A stretch of DNA of 63,636 nt, the filler included, from Bipalium vagum (lineage: Eukaryota), in NCBI GenBank assembly GCA_037834085.1. It is 3 parts of 3 records of this genome, joined end to end, with 100 filler letters (N's around TTAATTAATTAA, not from the genome) between each part and the next. Parts side by side here need not be neighbours in the genome. Positions count along the whole stretch, not along the records: positions 36,678 to 63,636 come from JBBMKC010114407.1; 2 more parts are not named here. The stretch is one strand, 5' to 3'. Below, in pieces: positions 49,355 through 61,659 of the stretch. The stretch's first letter is position 1, and each line of letters opens with the position of its first letter. Below the pieces are notes generated by a model. The model was not told the origin of the DNA, searched no databases, and saw nothing but the letters and a program-made list of their open reading frames with translations. A program made the translations under genes and the position numbers.

Positions 49355-52300
49355 GTAGTAGTAGTAGTAGTAGTTTTTTATTAAATTTTTGTAAATTTTT
49401 CATTCTTCCTCAATCCAATGTAATCTATGATCAATGAACTGAAAATTGATGATTCATTGTTTTTAAGTTCTAAATTAATGGTAGAAAACATAGATAGTTA
49501 CGAAAGTGAAATAAATAATAATGTTTGAAAACGTCGAATAATGAACGCTGTGATTAATTTTTAGGATAATCTAATTACATAAACTTAATCATGGAAAACT
49601 ATTTACTGAATATTCCATATAGTAAAATAATTTATTTGATAAAATAATCGTAGTAGGAAAATCTCTAAAACAAGGAAATTTTTTACAAATACGGGGATTT
49701 TAAAAGTCTGGAACGATTACATATTTTGTTTATTGAATAATGAAACATGTACAACACTGAAAATTTTTAGAAATAAAATTAGAGGAATGGAGGTTTTTAT
49801 GTTAAAAGGTTGCTCAATGTCTTCCATCAGCATAAAGTATTTTCAACTGGCTGCTAAAAATTTCTCCTGAGTAAAGTGAACACATTCATCAATAATTCTG
49901 GTTTTCAGGGTTTCCAATGTGTGAAGTGGTCATTGTGAAAAACACATCCTTTCAGGGTGCCCCAATAATAATAATGAAAAGGATTTAGATTTGGTGATCG
50001 CGACTCCCAGATTTTTTGTTTATTTTCAGAAAATGTTTTGCTCAAGTATTTACGAACAAAAAGAGCATAAAATGAAAGTTACAGGTGACGGCTTGTATTT
50101 TTTTAACAAGTTGAGCAGTTCGTGATTTCTCAACATCATTAGATAATTATGAGAACAGACAGTCGACTCAAAATCATTGGATGTGTTATGTAGTGCATAC
50201 TAAAGAGAATATGTTTTTTCAAACTTCTTAACTAACTTGTTATTGGTCTGAGGCTAATCTATATCCTTGATGATGTATAATGTTTTTTAAAGTGTTACTA
50301 TTATACCTTATCAAGTAACTTTCACTCGAAATCAATAACTCCTCACTTAACAATGTTGTGTTCGATTCTCTTTTACTTTTACACAAATTTAAACTCAATT
50401 AAATCAAAATCCCACAATAAAACTTTATCCACACTCTAATTGAATCAAGAACAATCACAATTAAACTTTATAAATAAGCAGAATTGCGCCGATACACAGA
50501 AATCTCAGTCATCCACAGAATCAATGTTAATCAAATGTCTATTTAACACAAAGTCAAAATGTTCCACTGTCAGCAAAATATCAACCAATGAATAAAAGTA
50601 AAGTATAATATGGAATCGAATAAATACTAAAAACAATTTATGATTAAAGAAAATATTATGAATTTCAATGAAATTAGTTAATTATTACTAAAAAAAGACA
50701 AAAAGAAATCGATAACTAGCCTCACCAGAAGCAACAAGGGTCGTCCACTAGGTGCTTCTCAGGTTACCTTGGGATTCTCAAACTCCCTTGGTAAATCCTC
50801 TTACATAGTGCTGGTTATTGGGAAATAAAATTACTGAGATCCTTTGAAGAAGACCGTTTTAGAACTCTTCGTTCAAGTCTCCGGTTTCCAATGGTTCTCG
50901 AATTTTGCAATTAAGTATAATTCTTCAAATCCAATAGTCGAATCTCTTTTTGGGCAAATTTCTGGGAATAATCGTCTCTTTATATAGTCATAGAGATTGG
51001 TTTACGATCGCCAATCAAAACGCTTTGAGAGATAAAGTTAGAGAAAAATTCAAAATAACAACAATTTATCATCCCCACGACTAGGTATATCCCCTAATTT
51101 AAATTTAATTTACTCTAATATATCAAAATCTCGAAGATCAGATTTTGAGATATTGTTTTTTGTATTTTTTTTAGTTAATATTGTTATTATAATTATTAAC
51201 ATCAATATCATCATTTTACCTTTTGTGCCTTTGGTTAACCCAACAATAGTATTAGCGAAGGACAAGTATGTGACTGTCGTTGAATGCGTAATAGCACCGA
51301 CAAGTTCCAGTCGCATATTTAGATTCATTGTAGAAAAAATAATATGAAAAAAATTGTCTGAACTAAGTTCTCTCTATTAGGATATCGATAAATAAATATT
51401 TAATCGATATTATATTAATAATAAATATATAGCTTACAATCAGAATTGTTTCAGACTTTTGAAACATCCGGTATGTAAACAAAAATTATTTCATGTAATA
51501 ATGAAATTTATAAAATTAATTTTCAATATTTTTTTTCATTTTCGAATTTTTTAATTTATTATGAATTAATTATTCATTTATTGATTCATTTTCATGTTCA
51601 TTATTTTAAATTAAGTTAAGAAAATTATTTTACATCACCAGTAAATAAAATCAATATTAAAAATTCATTTTGATTAATGAAGTTCTTTCATATAATAATA
51701 ATTTTTCATTGAGAATAAAATTTCAATAAGATTAATTAATTAAAAAATATAATATATAAAAATAATATATATAAATAGGTTTTAATTGATTCATTTATTT
51801 AATTATTAAAACAATTTTAATTTAATATAAGATAATATATAATCATGATCAAACAAGAACTAGAACAATGTTATTAAAAACAGCTTAACTGAATTACTTT
51901 TGTTATAATTACAATGAATACATTGTTTGAATGTCATATAAAATTGATTGGGTTTTTTTATTTTTAATACGAAAAATATGTTATATTTAGGCAGCCAATG
52001 CAGGAAAGTGGCCAATAAAATGGTATGCTCCGGAGTGTATTTATTATTTTAGGTTTGATAGTAAATCTGACGTTTGGAGTTACGGCGTCACGATGTGGGA
52101 AGTATTTTCTTACGGTGATAGACCTTACAGAGTGAGTTTTGTTAACATCATATTATGATGACGTGTTTGCTTTTTTCTCTTAACACACAGGATATGAAAG
52201 GTACTCAAATTTTAGCCATGATTGACCGTGGAAAACGATTGAGCAAGCCATACAATTGTCCAGACTGTGTTTATGATGTGATGTTGCAATGTTGGGAATC

Positions 52301-52445
52301 TGACGGTGTCCGTCGGCCAACTTTTGCAGAATTGGTGTTGATAATATCTCGAATTCTTAACAATTTCCATGGAATCAGCGGAACAAAAGTCGGAAACAGC
52401 ACATTTCTTTCAAACCAGTATGGGTCAGGTTGGCACAATGTTTAA
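36864..52445 (+). CDS. SYK: SYK/ZAP70-family non-receptor tyrosine kinase; 5' part (most of the SH2 region) missing
   Basis: 11 frame-consistent exons (1893 nt, 630 aa + stop): 36864-36954, 41357-41397, 41459-41713, 42435-42882, 46206-46412, 46485-46600, 46643-46709, 48926-49007, 49060-49249, 51991-52131, 52191-52445. Contains the SH2 C-terminal end [19 protein letters not shown] and a Ser/Pro-rich linker. Kinase motifs: [59 protein letters not shown] and SDVWSYG. The YY activation loop and GKWPxKWYAPEC are SYK hallmarks. A SHARK/HTK16-type paralogue cannot be fully excluded without the N-terminus. Confidence 0.92.
40410..41100 (-). mobile_element. Decayed mariner (cecropia/Hsmar1-like) transposase in the first visible SYK intron
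   Basis: Minus strand reads [32 protein letters not shown] and ITAQKYC. Confidence 0.8.
42000..42345 (+). mobile_element. 3' end of a Tc1 (DD34E) transposon with right TIR
   Basis: Reads [12 protein letters not shown]...[22 protein letters not shown]-like end ...AAACTTTTGGCGGCAACTG followed by TA. Confidence 0.85.
43981..45045. repeat. 70-bp direct repeat pair (43981-44050 and 44976-45045)
   Basis: Three mismatches in 70 nt; the copies start 995 nt apart. Confidence 0.9.
49291..49374. repeat. Compound microsatellite (AAT)13(ATT)8(AGT)7
   Basis: Directly visible. The AAT/ATT junction forms a perfect palindrome. Confidence 0.95.
49692..51471 (-). mobile_element. maT/mariner-like element with TIRs, interrupted by an LTR-like insert
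   Basis: TA-flanked imperfect TIRs: left CGGGGATTTTAAAAGTCTGGAACGATT; right, reverse-complemented, CCGGATGTTTCAAAAGTCTGAAACAATT. Minus-strand peptide [20 protein letters not shown]...TLETLKTRI. Confidence 0.75.
50293..51438 (-). mobile_element. LTR-like element, copy D (probable solo LTR, ~1.15 kb)
   Basis: TGTTAC...CTTACA ends, AAATGTCT words, reverse TATA box CTTTATATAG (~50978) and GTGCCTTTGGTTAACCC (~51225). No clean TSD found. Confidence 0.5.
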
Positions 52446-52512
52446 TACTTTGTTGTCAAATCAATTTTCATCAGCCCAATATATTTTATCATTAGCCGTT
52501 ATATATTTCTTA

Positions 52513-52518
52513 AATAAA
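52513..52518 (+). terminator. Candidate polyadenylation signal for the SYK-like gene
   Basis: First AATAAA, ~70 nt after the stop codon. Weak evidence in such AT-rich DNA. Confidence 0.3.
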
Positions 52519-54262
52519 GGAAATTATCGATTTTGAAACAGTTTTTAATTTCTTGTTTGAAACATTAAAGTTAAACAAATTTTGTAATAAATAAAAATAT
52601 AAAAAACATTTTCCACTTGATAAATTTATTATTTCGGTAAATTAAATTAAAATGGAATAATAATTATTATTCTAATAATAACAATTCTAATAATAATAAT
52701 AACATACAATTTTTTATTCAAATGAAATAAGAATTCATAAATTTAGTTGTGTTCTCAACGACCAGTGAATCTGGTATCACATCACACTGGCAACTGATTT
52801 AGGTATTGATTTTCCAAAAAAATTCTCTTCTTACAGAAAACAATTTTGATTATTTCACGAAATAAACTGAAATGTTTTTTTGGCTCTTCTTTCATCGATG
52901 AATTCTTTGGTTTCATTGTTACAGTGTTTTTTCATCTGCAATATCAGAACCTTCAAGAGTCGTTTAAGTTTATTGAAAAAGTTGAATTTGAAGAATTTGC
53001 GTGGACGATTTCTTAGACAATCTGTGACTGTGTGTGAATCGTTGCATTATCGTTCAAATAATGTTGATCACATACTTTGATTGTTAATATCACTTCTCGA
53101 GTTTCTTTCCATAATATTAATGCCATTTGTATCTCAGAAAAGAATCAGGATATCTTTCGGCGAATGTAATTTCCACTTTCATGTAGAGTAATGGGCATAG
53201 ATAGAACAATGCCTACACAATTTTTGGAAACAATCTAATCAATAAATCTATTTTTGATATGATAGATCCAGCTACAAAATTTTAAAACACAATTTTCAGA
53301 TTCCCCAATTAAATTTTCGATGACATTCTAGGGGGTCTATGATGTTTCCAGTTGTTAATTCCGTTTGTTTGAATAATATTTTATGCTTTCCGCTTTATTT
53401 TTGTTGATTTTTGAATAATTTGATTTTGATTTTTTTTAATATTCTTCCAACACCAATGCTATACCTGGTTTAAAATATCGAAAGCTTTCGATAGGCTGTA
53501 CTTTTACTGGAAATCTTTTCTTGTTTTCTCTTACAACGAAAAAACCTCAGCGAGATTTGAGGTTGTTTGATTAAATGAAAAAATATTTGTATTTAGATAG
53601 TTTTTTTTTAAAAAAAATTGAAAAAAATCAATATTCACTTAAGTATATATTAATTGAAATGTTGAATGCACACGTATTTGTTATTATAAATTTTCTTTAA
53701 AACTCAAACAGGAACGAGACAGACAAGCTTCGCTTTAATCGAGATAAATTAATTTATCGATTGATGATTAAAGTTTTTGTTTAATCAAGTGACAAAAATA
53801 TTTCGTTTAGATGAAAAAATACGTCTGTTACTGCTCATTGATCAGTAACAGATATTTTTAGAAAGCAACTAAAGACAATTTTGACAGTGGAGAAAAATTG
53901 AAAAATCTATTCGTATAAAATAATTCTCAGTTTTTTAATATTATGTAAAAATTAATTATTTTATTGCTGGGTATTAATAGTAATTTTGTTTATTCAATAG
54001 TTTAATTTTTTAAAAGAATTTTTCAATTAACCAGAAAACATTTTTTTAATTTTGATTGGATATAATTTCTTAAAAAATAAACATATCTTGAAGAATATTT
54101 ATATTTCTGTCATTATCTGGCATATAAATTATGACAGAAAATAATGATGGAATAAAGAGGCCATTTCTGATTAGTTAGAATAGTTATAGTCAACATTTTA
54201 ATCGAATTAAGCTGTATAAAATAATTTTAGAAGAATATATTAAAAGGAAAAAGCATAATTAT

Positions 54263-55800
54263 TAGGGCAATTTTTTTAACTTTATTATAAAAAATTTTAA
54301 CCGTATTTTAACTTTAAGCGTACCTTAATGCCTAATAAAGCAAAACATTTTTTAACGTAAAAAATTTTTTAAAATTTTATTTTTTAAATTTTAACCTTAA
54401 AATACACAACAAAAGTTGTTTATTCTATTAAAATAGTCCGTTATACGCGGCAATCGCATAATGCCATACATTATGGGGATCAAAATTTCGATCTTTTCGA
54501 ACGATATGTTTAACAATAGAAAAGCTTCAATCCACAGAGCATGATGTTGGGTGACATGATTGAAGCAGAGCAAAAGTTGCAGGTGGTACTTCCTCTCTAT
54601 CGCTGTTGATAATTTCACTAAGATCGTTGTTTGATAAGCGCTTTTCAATGTATTCTCATATTACATGGGTTGTCCTGGAAAGAGTTTCGCTGGATCTTCT
54701 GCAGTTTTACGAATTGTATATTGAGTGCTCTCAGCTTTTACTATTAGTTTTCTTAAACTCTGGTATTTTGTTAGCTGAATAAGTTCTCCAGCCAAACTGC
54801 TGTTTGATACAGATTGCTTTGAGCGAGAAATAAAGACTCCACTGCCTTCAAAACTTTCACAATATGCCAAAAGTAGGCAAATATTGAGCACACCAGATAC
54901 CTGCACTTAGCCATGTACCCCAACGTGCCAATACTGGGTGTGGCGGCTGACCGCGAAGGCGCATTGCACAGTTATGCAGAAGGTGACAGGCACATGTTAC
55001 ATTAAACAGTTGGTTATACATGTTCGTTAATATAGATCCGGCAAGAATCATATATTTTGCTGTATCAGTTATTAAAAGAATAAAGTTCTCTCTGTGTGTG
55101 CCAAGAAACCGTATCGCATCGTCAACGTGCTGGCATACGCTTCTACTATTAAGGTTATTGGCTAAAGGAACACAATCAAGTAAATATGTTGTTGGTTTGT
55201 CGATGCATCCCACAAGAATGTTCATAAATCTGATATTGTTAATATCGCTTTCGTCAACAATAAGGAAAATATTTTTTCCATCAATTAGATCCTTTACAGG
55301 ATTTTTTGCTTCAGATCCTAATTGTGACACTTGGGAACGGCATGAATCATCATATGGACAATTATTTCCAAGGACTTTAAATAGTTTGACAACTGCTAGA
55401 TGATTCAGTTTAAATAGCGGAATATCAGCCGCCATAAATGCTTTAGCTACTTCTGTTGTAAAGCTACATTTTGATATTGCCAAAGATGATTGAGTAGAAC
55501 ATGCTGCCTTCTTATTATTGTGCTTCCCAGATATGACGGTGGGTCTCTACAAAATGATGCTTTTCATGTTTTACAATGGCGTCGCAAAATTTGCAGTACA
55601 GTTGATTTGTAGGGATAGCAATAAATTCTGTCGGGTAATCAATAACGATCCTGTTGACTTTGCATGATTGACTTGCTACTATCTTTGATGTTGATGGAAA
55701 TTACAATTACTTAAATTAAAATTACTTACAAAATAAAATTAAACTTACTTCTATAAAACTTAAATTTGATTTAATTTATTATATAACATTATTTAAACAT
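54263..55800 (-). mobile_element. CGGBP1-like hAT transposon, frameshifted transposase
   Basis: N-terminal Zn finger LYCKFC...VETH. Then AFMAADIPLFKL, LIVDESD, LITDTAKYM, TCACHLLHN (CxxH), PVLARWGTWL and VD*SFS...DRNFDPHN. Left terminus TAGGGCAATTTTT. Confidence 0.85.
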
Positions 55801-56199
55801 TGTTTTAACTTTATAACTAGGGCAATTCTATTTTAAACTTAAAAACTTTTTTAAAACTTTGTTATTAAAAATTTTAACCGTATTTTAACTTTATATCCGA
55901 AAAAATTTATTTTTAACATTACCATAAATTTTACCCGTATTTAAACCTTATAAATCACGATAAAGGGACCTTCGGTGACCAAAATGGCATACATGTGCTT
56001 TGTATGTCAAGAGAATCTATAGGACACATTTTAACTTTATTAACTTTTACTTGTCTTAATAATTATTTTAAAAATAGTGTATAGCAATATGGTAAAGTAT
56101 AAAGAAAAAAGTATATATTAAATTTGTCTGGAAATAATTTTCGATATTAACATTCACCTTAAATAAGTCAAATCTAAAGGAATTATATTAGTAAAAATA

Positions 56200-56740
56200 T
56201 CAATCGCTACAGTCTAAAGATGCTTGCCAATGAGAAATAATCTCAGTCGTCTAGAATCCAAGTTTTCTGGAATCGGTAAATTGAAGGAAAGTATTTTGGT
56301 TAACATCTTGATTATTGACGATTCTATTTTTGATAAAGAATTCAAAATTTCTAAAATATGATAGTTGATAGGCGACAAATCCGTAGAGTATAGAGGATGA
56401 GACGAAATTTCGCGTCCCACTTTGCAATTTTTTTCAACTTCATTTGTGCAACACTTGTAGAAGTATTAGACTTTTTTTTATCAAAGTTTCCATATTTTTT
56501 TCTTCTCTAAGATTTCTTGGCAATATAAGTCCGCTGTAATTGTTTGTCCAGCAGTCCAAATATTCTAGTGAATTAAATCTCCTGGATTGTTAGCATGACC
56601 TTCTTCAGGTGAACTTGTAGTTTTGGCAAATGTTTTAAAACTTGATCTCAATTCAATCATTGTGATGAGTGATTGTCTAATAAAACACATTTTAGTCGCA
56701 TGTCACAATGTGCTCGAGAAGAAGTTTCCTGATATTCCTC
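56200..56740 (-). mobile_element. Decayed mariner transposase
   Basis: Reads LLEHIVTCD, GQTITAD and SHPLYSTDLSPINYHI. Confidence 0.75.
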
Positions 56741-56919
56741 AAAAGAAGTGAAGATATTATAAATCGGTTACAATACATATTACAACAAACAAATAATTAA
56801 AGGATTACACTATTAAAACACATCCAGTCAACAAGATTTAATTGTTCAAATAGATTTCAATCTTTTTCTACAATCCAAGGTTCTGGTGTAATATTTATTT
56901 TTACTGGCGAATTTGTTAT

Positions 56920-57880
56920 TTCTAGTCGATCCAAGCAAGAGCCAAAAAGCCACTAGAATGTTTTATGTAATTTTTGATTTCAACTGGACTAATACTACTT
57001 ATAAATTTTTAAAAATATAAAATCAATTCTATTGTTAGCACGGTCTGAAGCTTCAACAAGGTTTAGTTTAATGAATACTTTCTCTATCTAATTCAGAAAA
57101 GGTGAATACGTATGAAGCAAGACTTGCTCTTGTCCTGATTCATTAAACCACCTTTCAAATCCACTGTCTTATGGAATGATTGATACATTATCCATTATTA
57201 TAAAACTAGACTCTTCCAACATAAGATATAATTCTTCCAAAAATGTTAGTCAATTCCCGTATTGCAAGAGGAAAATTGTAATTTGTAATGCAATACATCA
57301 TTTCCAGAAATAGCCATAATCAAGGTTAAATTATTGCTTTGACTATTTATAGTTTCTCTTTGTCCTCCAATATTTCGAGCAAATTGATATTGTATGTGCA
57401 AGTTGAAACAACTTTCATCTATATAAATAACATTTTTTGCATTATTTTTGTTTCGGATAAACATTCTTTAATATGTATAACTGGCTTCGATCATTGATAC
57501 AATATTTCGTCCGATGGGTATTTTGCTTAGTGTTTTGTAAGTTATTTTGTTCCCCTTTAATATTTGATGAATGTCCAACAAGCTAATATTTGTCAAATAA
57601 AACATTCTGTCGTATTTCACAAAGGGTAATGTAATTATTCTTTTGAACAAAATTAACCATCTACTGTTCATTATAATTATTAAATATCCTCGCACGTCCG
57701 GTACTTTTTTCAATTTCAATTCTATTTGTAGTCCTAAATCGTTTGCATATAGAAGCAACAGTATTCTTCGAAATATTTAATTATTTGGCCATTGATGCAT
57801 GTGTTTTGTTTTGTTTATAACTCCGGTTAATAATCACTTTTCGCATATCGTTTGAAACAAAATTTCGAGGTATTATAAAT
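56920..57880 (-). mobile_element. Decayed IS630/Tc1-like (DD34E) transposase
   Basis: Reads VIYIDESCFNLH, NLTLIMAIS, FIIMDNVSI and YSPFLN*IEKVF. Confidence 0.75.
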
Positions 57881-60800
57881 TATTTAATAATTTGAATTCC
57901 TAATAGCAAATTAATTAAGACAAACAAAAATGACCATTATCAAAAATTAACTCGGGTAAACCTTTTTGAAAAAGAGTTCATCATATTTGAAAGAGTTCAA
58001 CATTATTGAAAATCAGAATTCGATATTAGTAAAATCACTGTATTATATCATCATTTTTTTAAATTTTAATTAATCTTTTATATTTTATTGATTTTAATCC
58101 ACTGTGTTCTTTATCACTTACTATTTTGACATGTTTATTATAAATCATTTTTTTCTCAAACTTTTTTATTTCAACTGATTTTATTTTATAATTTCATTAC
58201 TACCTTAGTTTCGACGAATCCTTTCTTATTATTAATTACCAACAGCAAGATTTGTGATTTCTTAATTTTTTCTATAAATGTATGTCAAATTGCCTAACTC
58301 AACCTCATTGTTATTATTAACAGTACGGTTTTCATATGCTTTTTAATTAGTCTTGAAATTGTTGTTTTAATTGTTAATGTTGATATGCCTACTTATTATT
58401 CTTCTTTTATTTTTGAAATACTTTTATAAAACTCTATTTAATTTTTCCCATAATTCTATTGCTTAGGATATTTTTCAAATTAAGCAAGTCATGTTAAATC
58501 ATATATGATTAAAAAATTCTTTGCCAAAATATTATTTCTGTTTAGTTTGATAAAATAATAATTTCGTCTTTTATATCTTCAAATTTGACAATAGATTTTT
58601 TGAAAAATTTTGTTTGAACCCATTAATTTTTTATTCCATTTGAAAGTGCAGAAATTGTCTTACATTTTCATAGGTTTTAATTTATTATCTTTATCAAAAT
58701 AATTAACTGCCAATTATATTGTCAATAAGTATTCAAGCATTTAATTTTTGAAATTTTTACTAATTCAAAGTAACTCATTACAGATTAAAAGAACAATTAG
58801 AACAAAATTAAGTGAATTGGTGAGTAATGTTTAAATTAAAAAAATATAAATTAAGATATTTAATAATGAGAGAAAATTATAAATGATGAAAGAATAATAT
58901 AACAGAGAAGATAGTTAACGATATTGATATTAATATGAAATTTGAAATTTACTTCTCGCTAATAATTGATATTCATTATAATTCTTAAAAACATCGATTT
59001 TAATCCAATCAATATGGGACCAGCTTTCACATCTATCTTGACAATTTCAAAAGAATAAGAAATTTCAATGATGCAGAAAATTTCAAGAGCTTTTATTTTA
59101 TATATATAATTAAAAGGATGAATTAACAGGAGCTAGGCAAATGAGATTATGTTTTCTCGGGATAATAACATTTTCCGTTCAGAATTTTGAGCGTATGACA
59201 CTGTTGACTGTGATTGGACCATCTTTCTTGTTGCCAGGATAGTGTCATGTTTCATCAGTTCATAATATTACTTAAATTTTTAACTAAAAATTTTAATTAA
59301 AAGTTTTTGAAATTCTCAACATTATTGATTGAGACTAAATTTTAATTATTATTTTTTGTAACTCTTAATTGGCCTTGTTATCTTTTCATATTTAGGAATC
59401 TTATTATTTTATTTTAAATTTTGTTTTGTGAGATACAAAACGAATCATTTGGTCCGACTGACTTTCTCATGTTTTTGTGTAATTATCTTCTCTTTACTTT
59501 TCATCCTCATGTCGGCAAGGTATTCTCTTTCTCGTGATTTTAATTTTATTTTATAAATTCCCATAACAGGAGTCTTAAAATTATTGTTTTTTCGTTATTG
59601 ATTCATTGGTTAATTTAAATTAACCAATAAAAACCTTAAATAAAGTGCAAAAAATTAAAATCAATTATTTTCTGAAAAATTCTTGTTAAATTTTTCAAAT
59701 GCACAGACATTTTATTGAGATTTTTTTTCTGTTAATTCATAATTTTTGATTCATTTTTTCATGTAGACAAAAGATGGTATTGTACAAAAATATTTCAAAA
59801 ATTGATTATTTTTAAATAATATAGATTTTATTTTTTCGTTCAGATGGATCTGGAAAATCGTCATTTTCATCAACAAAATAGTCAAAATGTTTTCATAAAA
59901 ATATATTATATTTGTCCGACATATTTGTAAATCAGTGATTTTATTTTTGTTGAAAGGTGGTCTCTCTTTATATGAAGGAAAACTTGAAAAAATCTCTCTC
60001 GATATTTATCTCTATATATTGATAATAACCAGAATCTTTAAACGGTCGAAAGCTTAGTTTTTCTGTTATGCTTAATAATGATGATTACTATTCAAGTCAA
60101 AGTTTATATAATTATTATTACTGTTATTATTGATTAAGCAGTGTAAGAAATTGATTATCACTAGAGATTTGTCCTAGTCTCAGCCTACACAAAATTTCTA
60201 TTTTGATGATTAATGGTCTCCTAATCCGCTTGTGTCTCTGTATCTGTCCATATGTATATGTATATGAGTTGAGTATATATTAGACTAACCGATGTTATTT
60301 TCGTTGAAATATTTCACTATGATGAGCATTTTACAAATGTGGGACAAGTCAATTTTATTGTATTTAAATACGAATCTATTGAAACATGGAAATTTTTATT
60401 TGTTTTATTATTACAAGTTTTGTATTTGACGCCAAAAGTTGTATTTTAAAAAATATATTGTTTCTCTTATGATTGACTTGAAAGCAATTCTTCAATTGGC
60501 GCGTCACAATTGTGATGTGAAATGAAATAGAAATTACTGAGAAGTTGATTTTATTAATGCGAGTTATATTTGGAATCTAAAGTTAGTTTTTTATAGATTT
60601 TAATTCAGCATTCTTATATTTAAGAAATTTCAAAACAAAGCAAAATTTAATTGTGCAAATCTTTGAATCCACTTTTATCATTTTGAATTGATTGATTTTC
60701 TAAGATTAATTCGTGAATTAAGAGGATTCAGTTGAAATATAAATTGGCGAATTTTATTATCTAAAGAAAATTGTAAAAAATGAATGGTTAATTTGAGTAA

Positions 60801-61659
60801 TTATTGACAATGGATTTTTGATGGTTGAATAACTTATCATTTGAATGGAGTAATAAGGCACTCATGTTATATCTTAACACCATAAAATAAGCAAAACAAA
60901 TTTCAATGACATCAGCTAACTGCTGCAATTATGTCATAAATGTATTGGATCAGTACATAACTTCCTCACAAATGAGTATTAAAATTTGTAAAGATAATAA
61001 AATAAAATGAAATATAAAATATTTTCAATATAATCAATTGCGACGAAAAAGATTGAAAACAAAAAAAAACTATATTACTTCTTTGGAGATTTCAGTACTG
61101 GCCCAGCGAAAATTTCTCGGGTCTACAAGAGTACCAATCACTCTTCACAACTTGACACGAACCTGAAAAAATACCTTGAAAACTATCTCCACTTGCTTTT
61201 CCTTTTGCTCAATACAAGTTTCTAGAATAAAAATTCATCTAAATTTAATCATTGGAAATGGAATCCGGCTTATATTTTGTGTTTGGGGAAGCTAAAACCA
61301 TTAAAAAATTATACATATATGATAATATTAATATAATAATATAATTTATGAGTTGCTACTACATCTCAAATAGTCAGAAAATGGGACATTTGGCAAGGCA
61401 ATGTCGAGCACCGAAAGAGAATTTAGTGTGAGCGAGATAAAGATCAGAAGATGGTATAAGATATAGTATAGTACAAGAAAATGTAATGAGCTTGGAGATT
61501 TCCAGTCATTGTAAAAAGAAGGCATTTGGAATAAACATGTGGGATAAAAAATTAACCGCAGAGAAACATTGTAAACATCAATGAAAAAGTTCAGTGTTTC
61601 AAATGCAAACAATATTTTCATATTGCAAGATCTTGTCTTAGCGAAAGATATCACCGTAG

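Noticed and set aside
1539-52445. Convertase plus SYK as a functional gene cluster
   Set aside because: The genes are on different contigs joined artificially.
52740-53500. Decayed coding-like segment downstream of SYK
   Set aside because: Probably a transposon remnant, but the class cannot be assigned.
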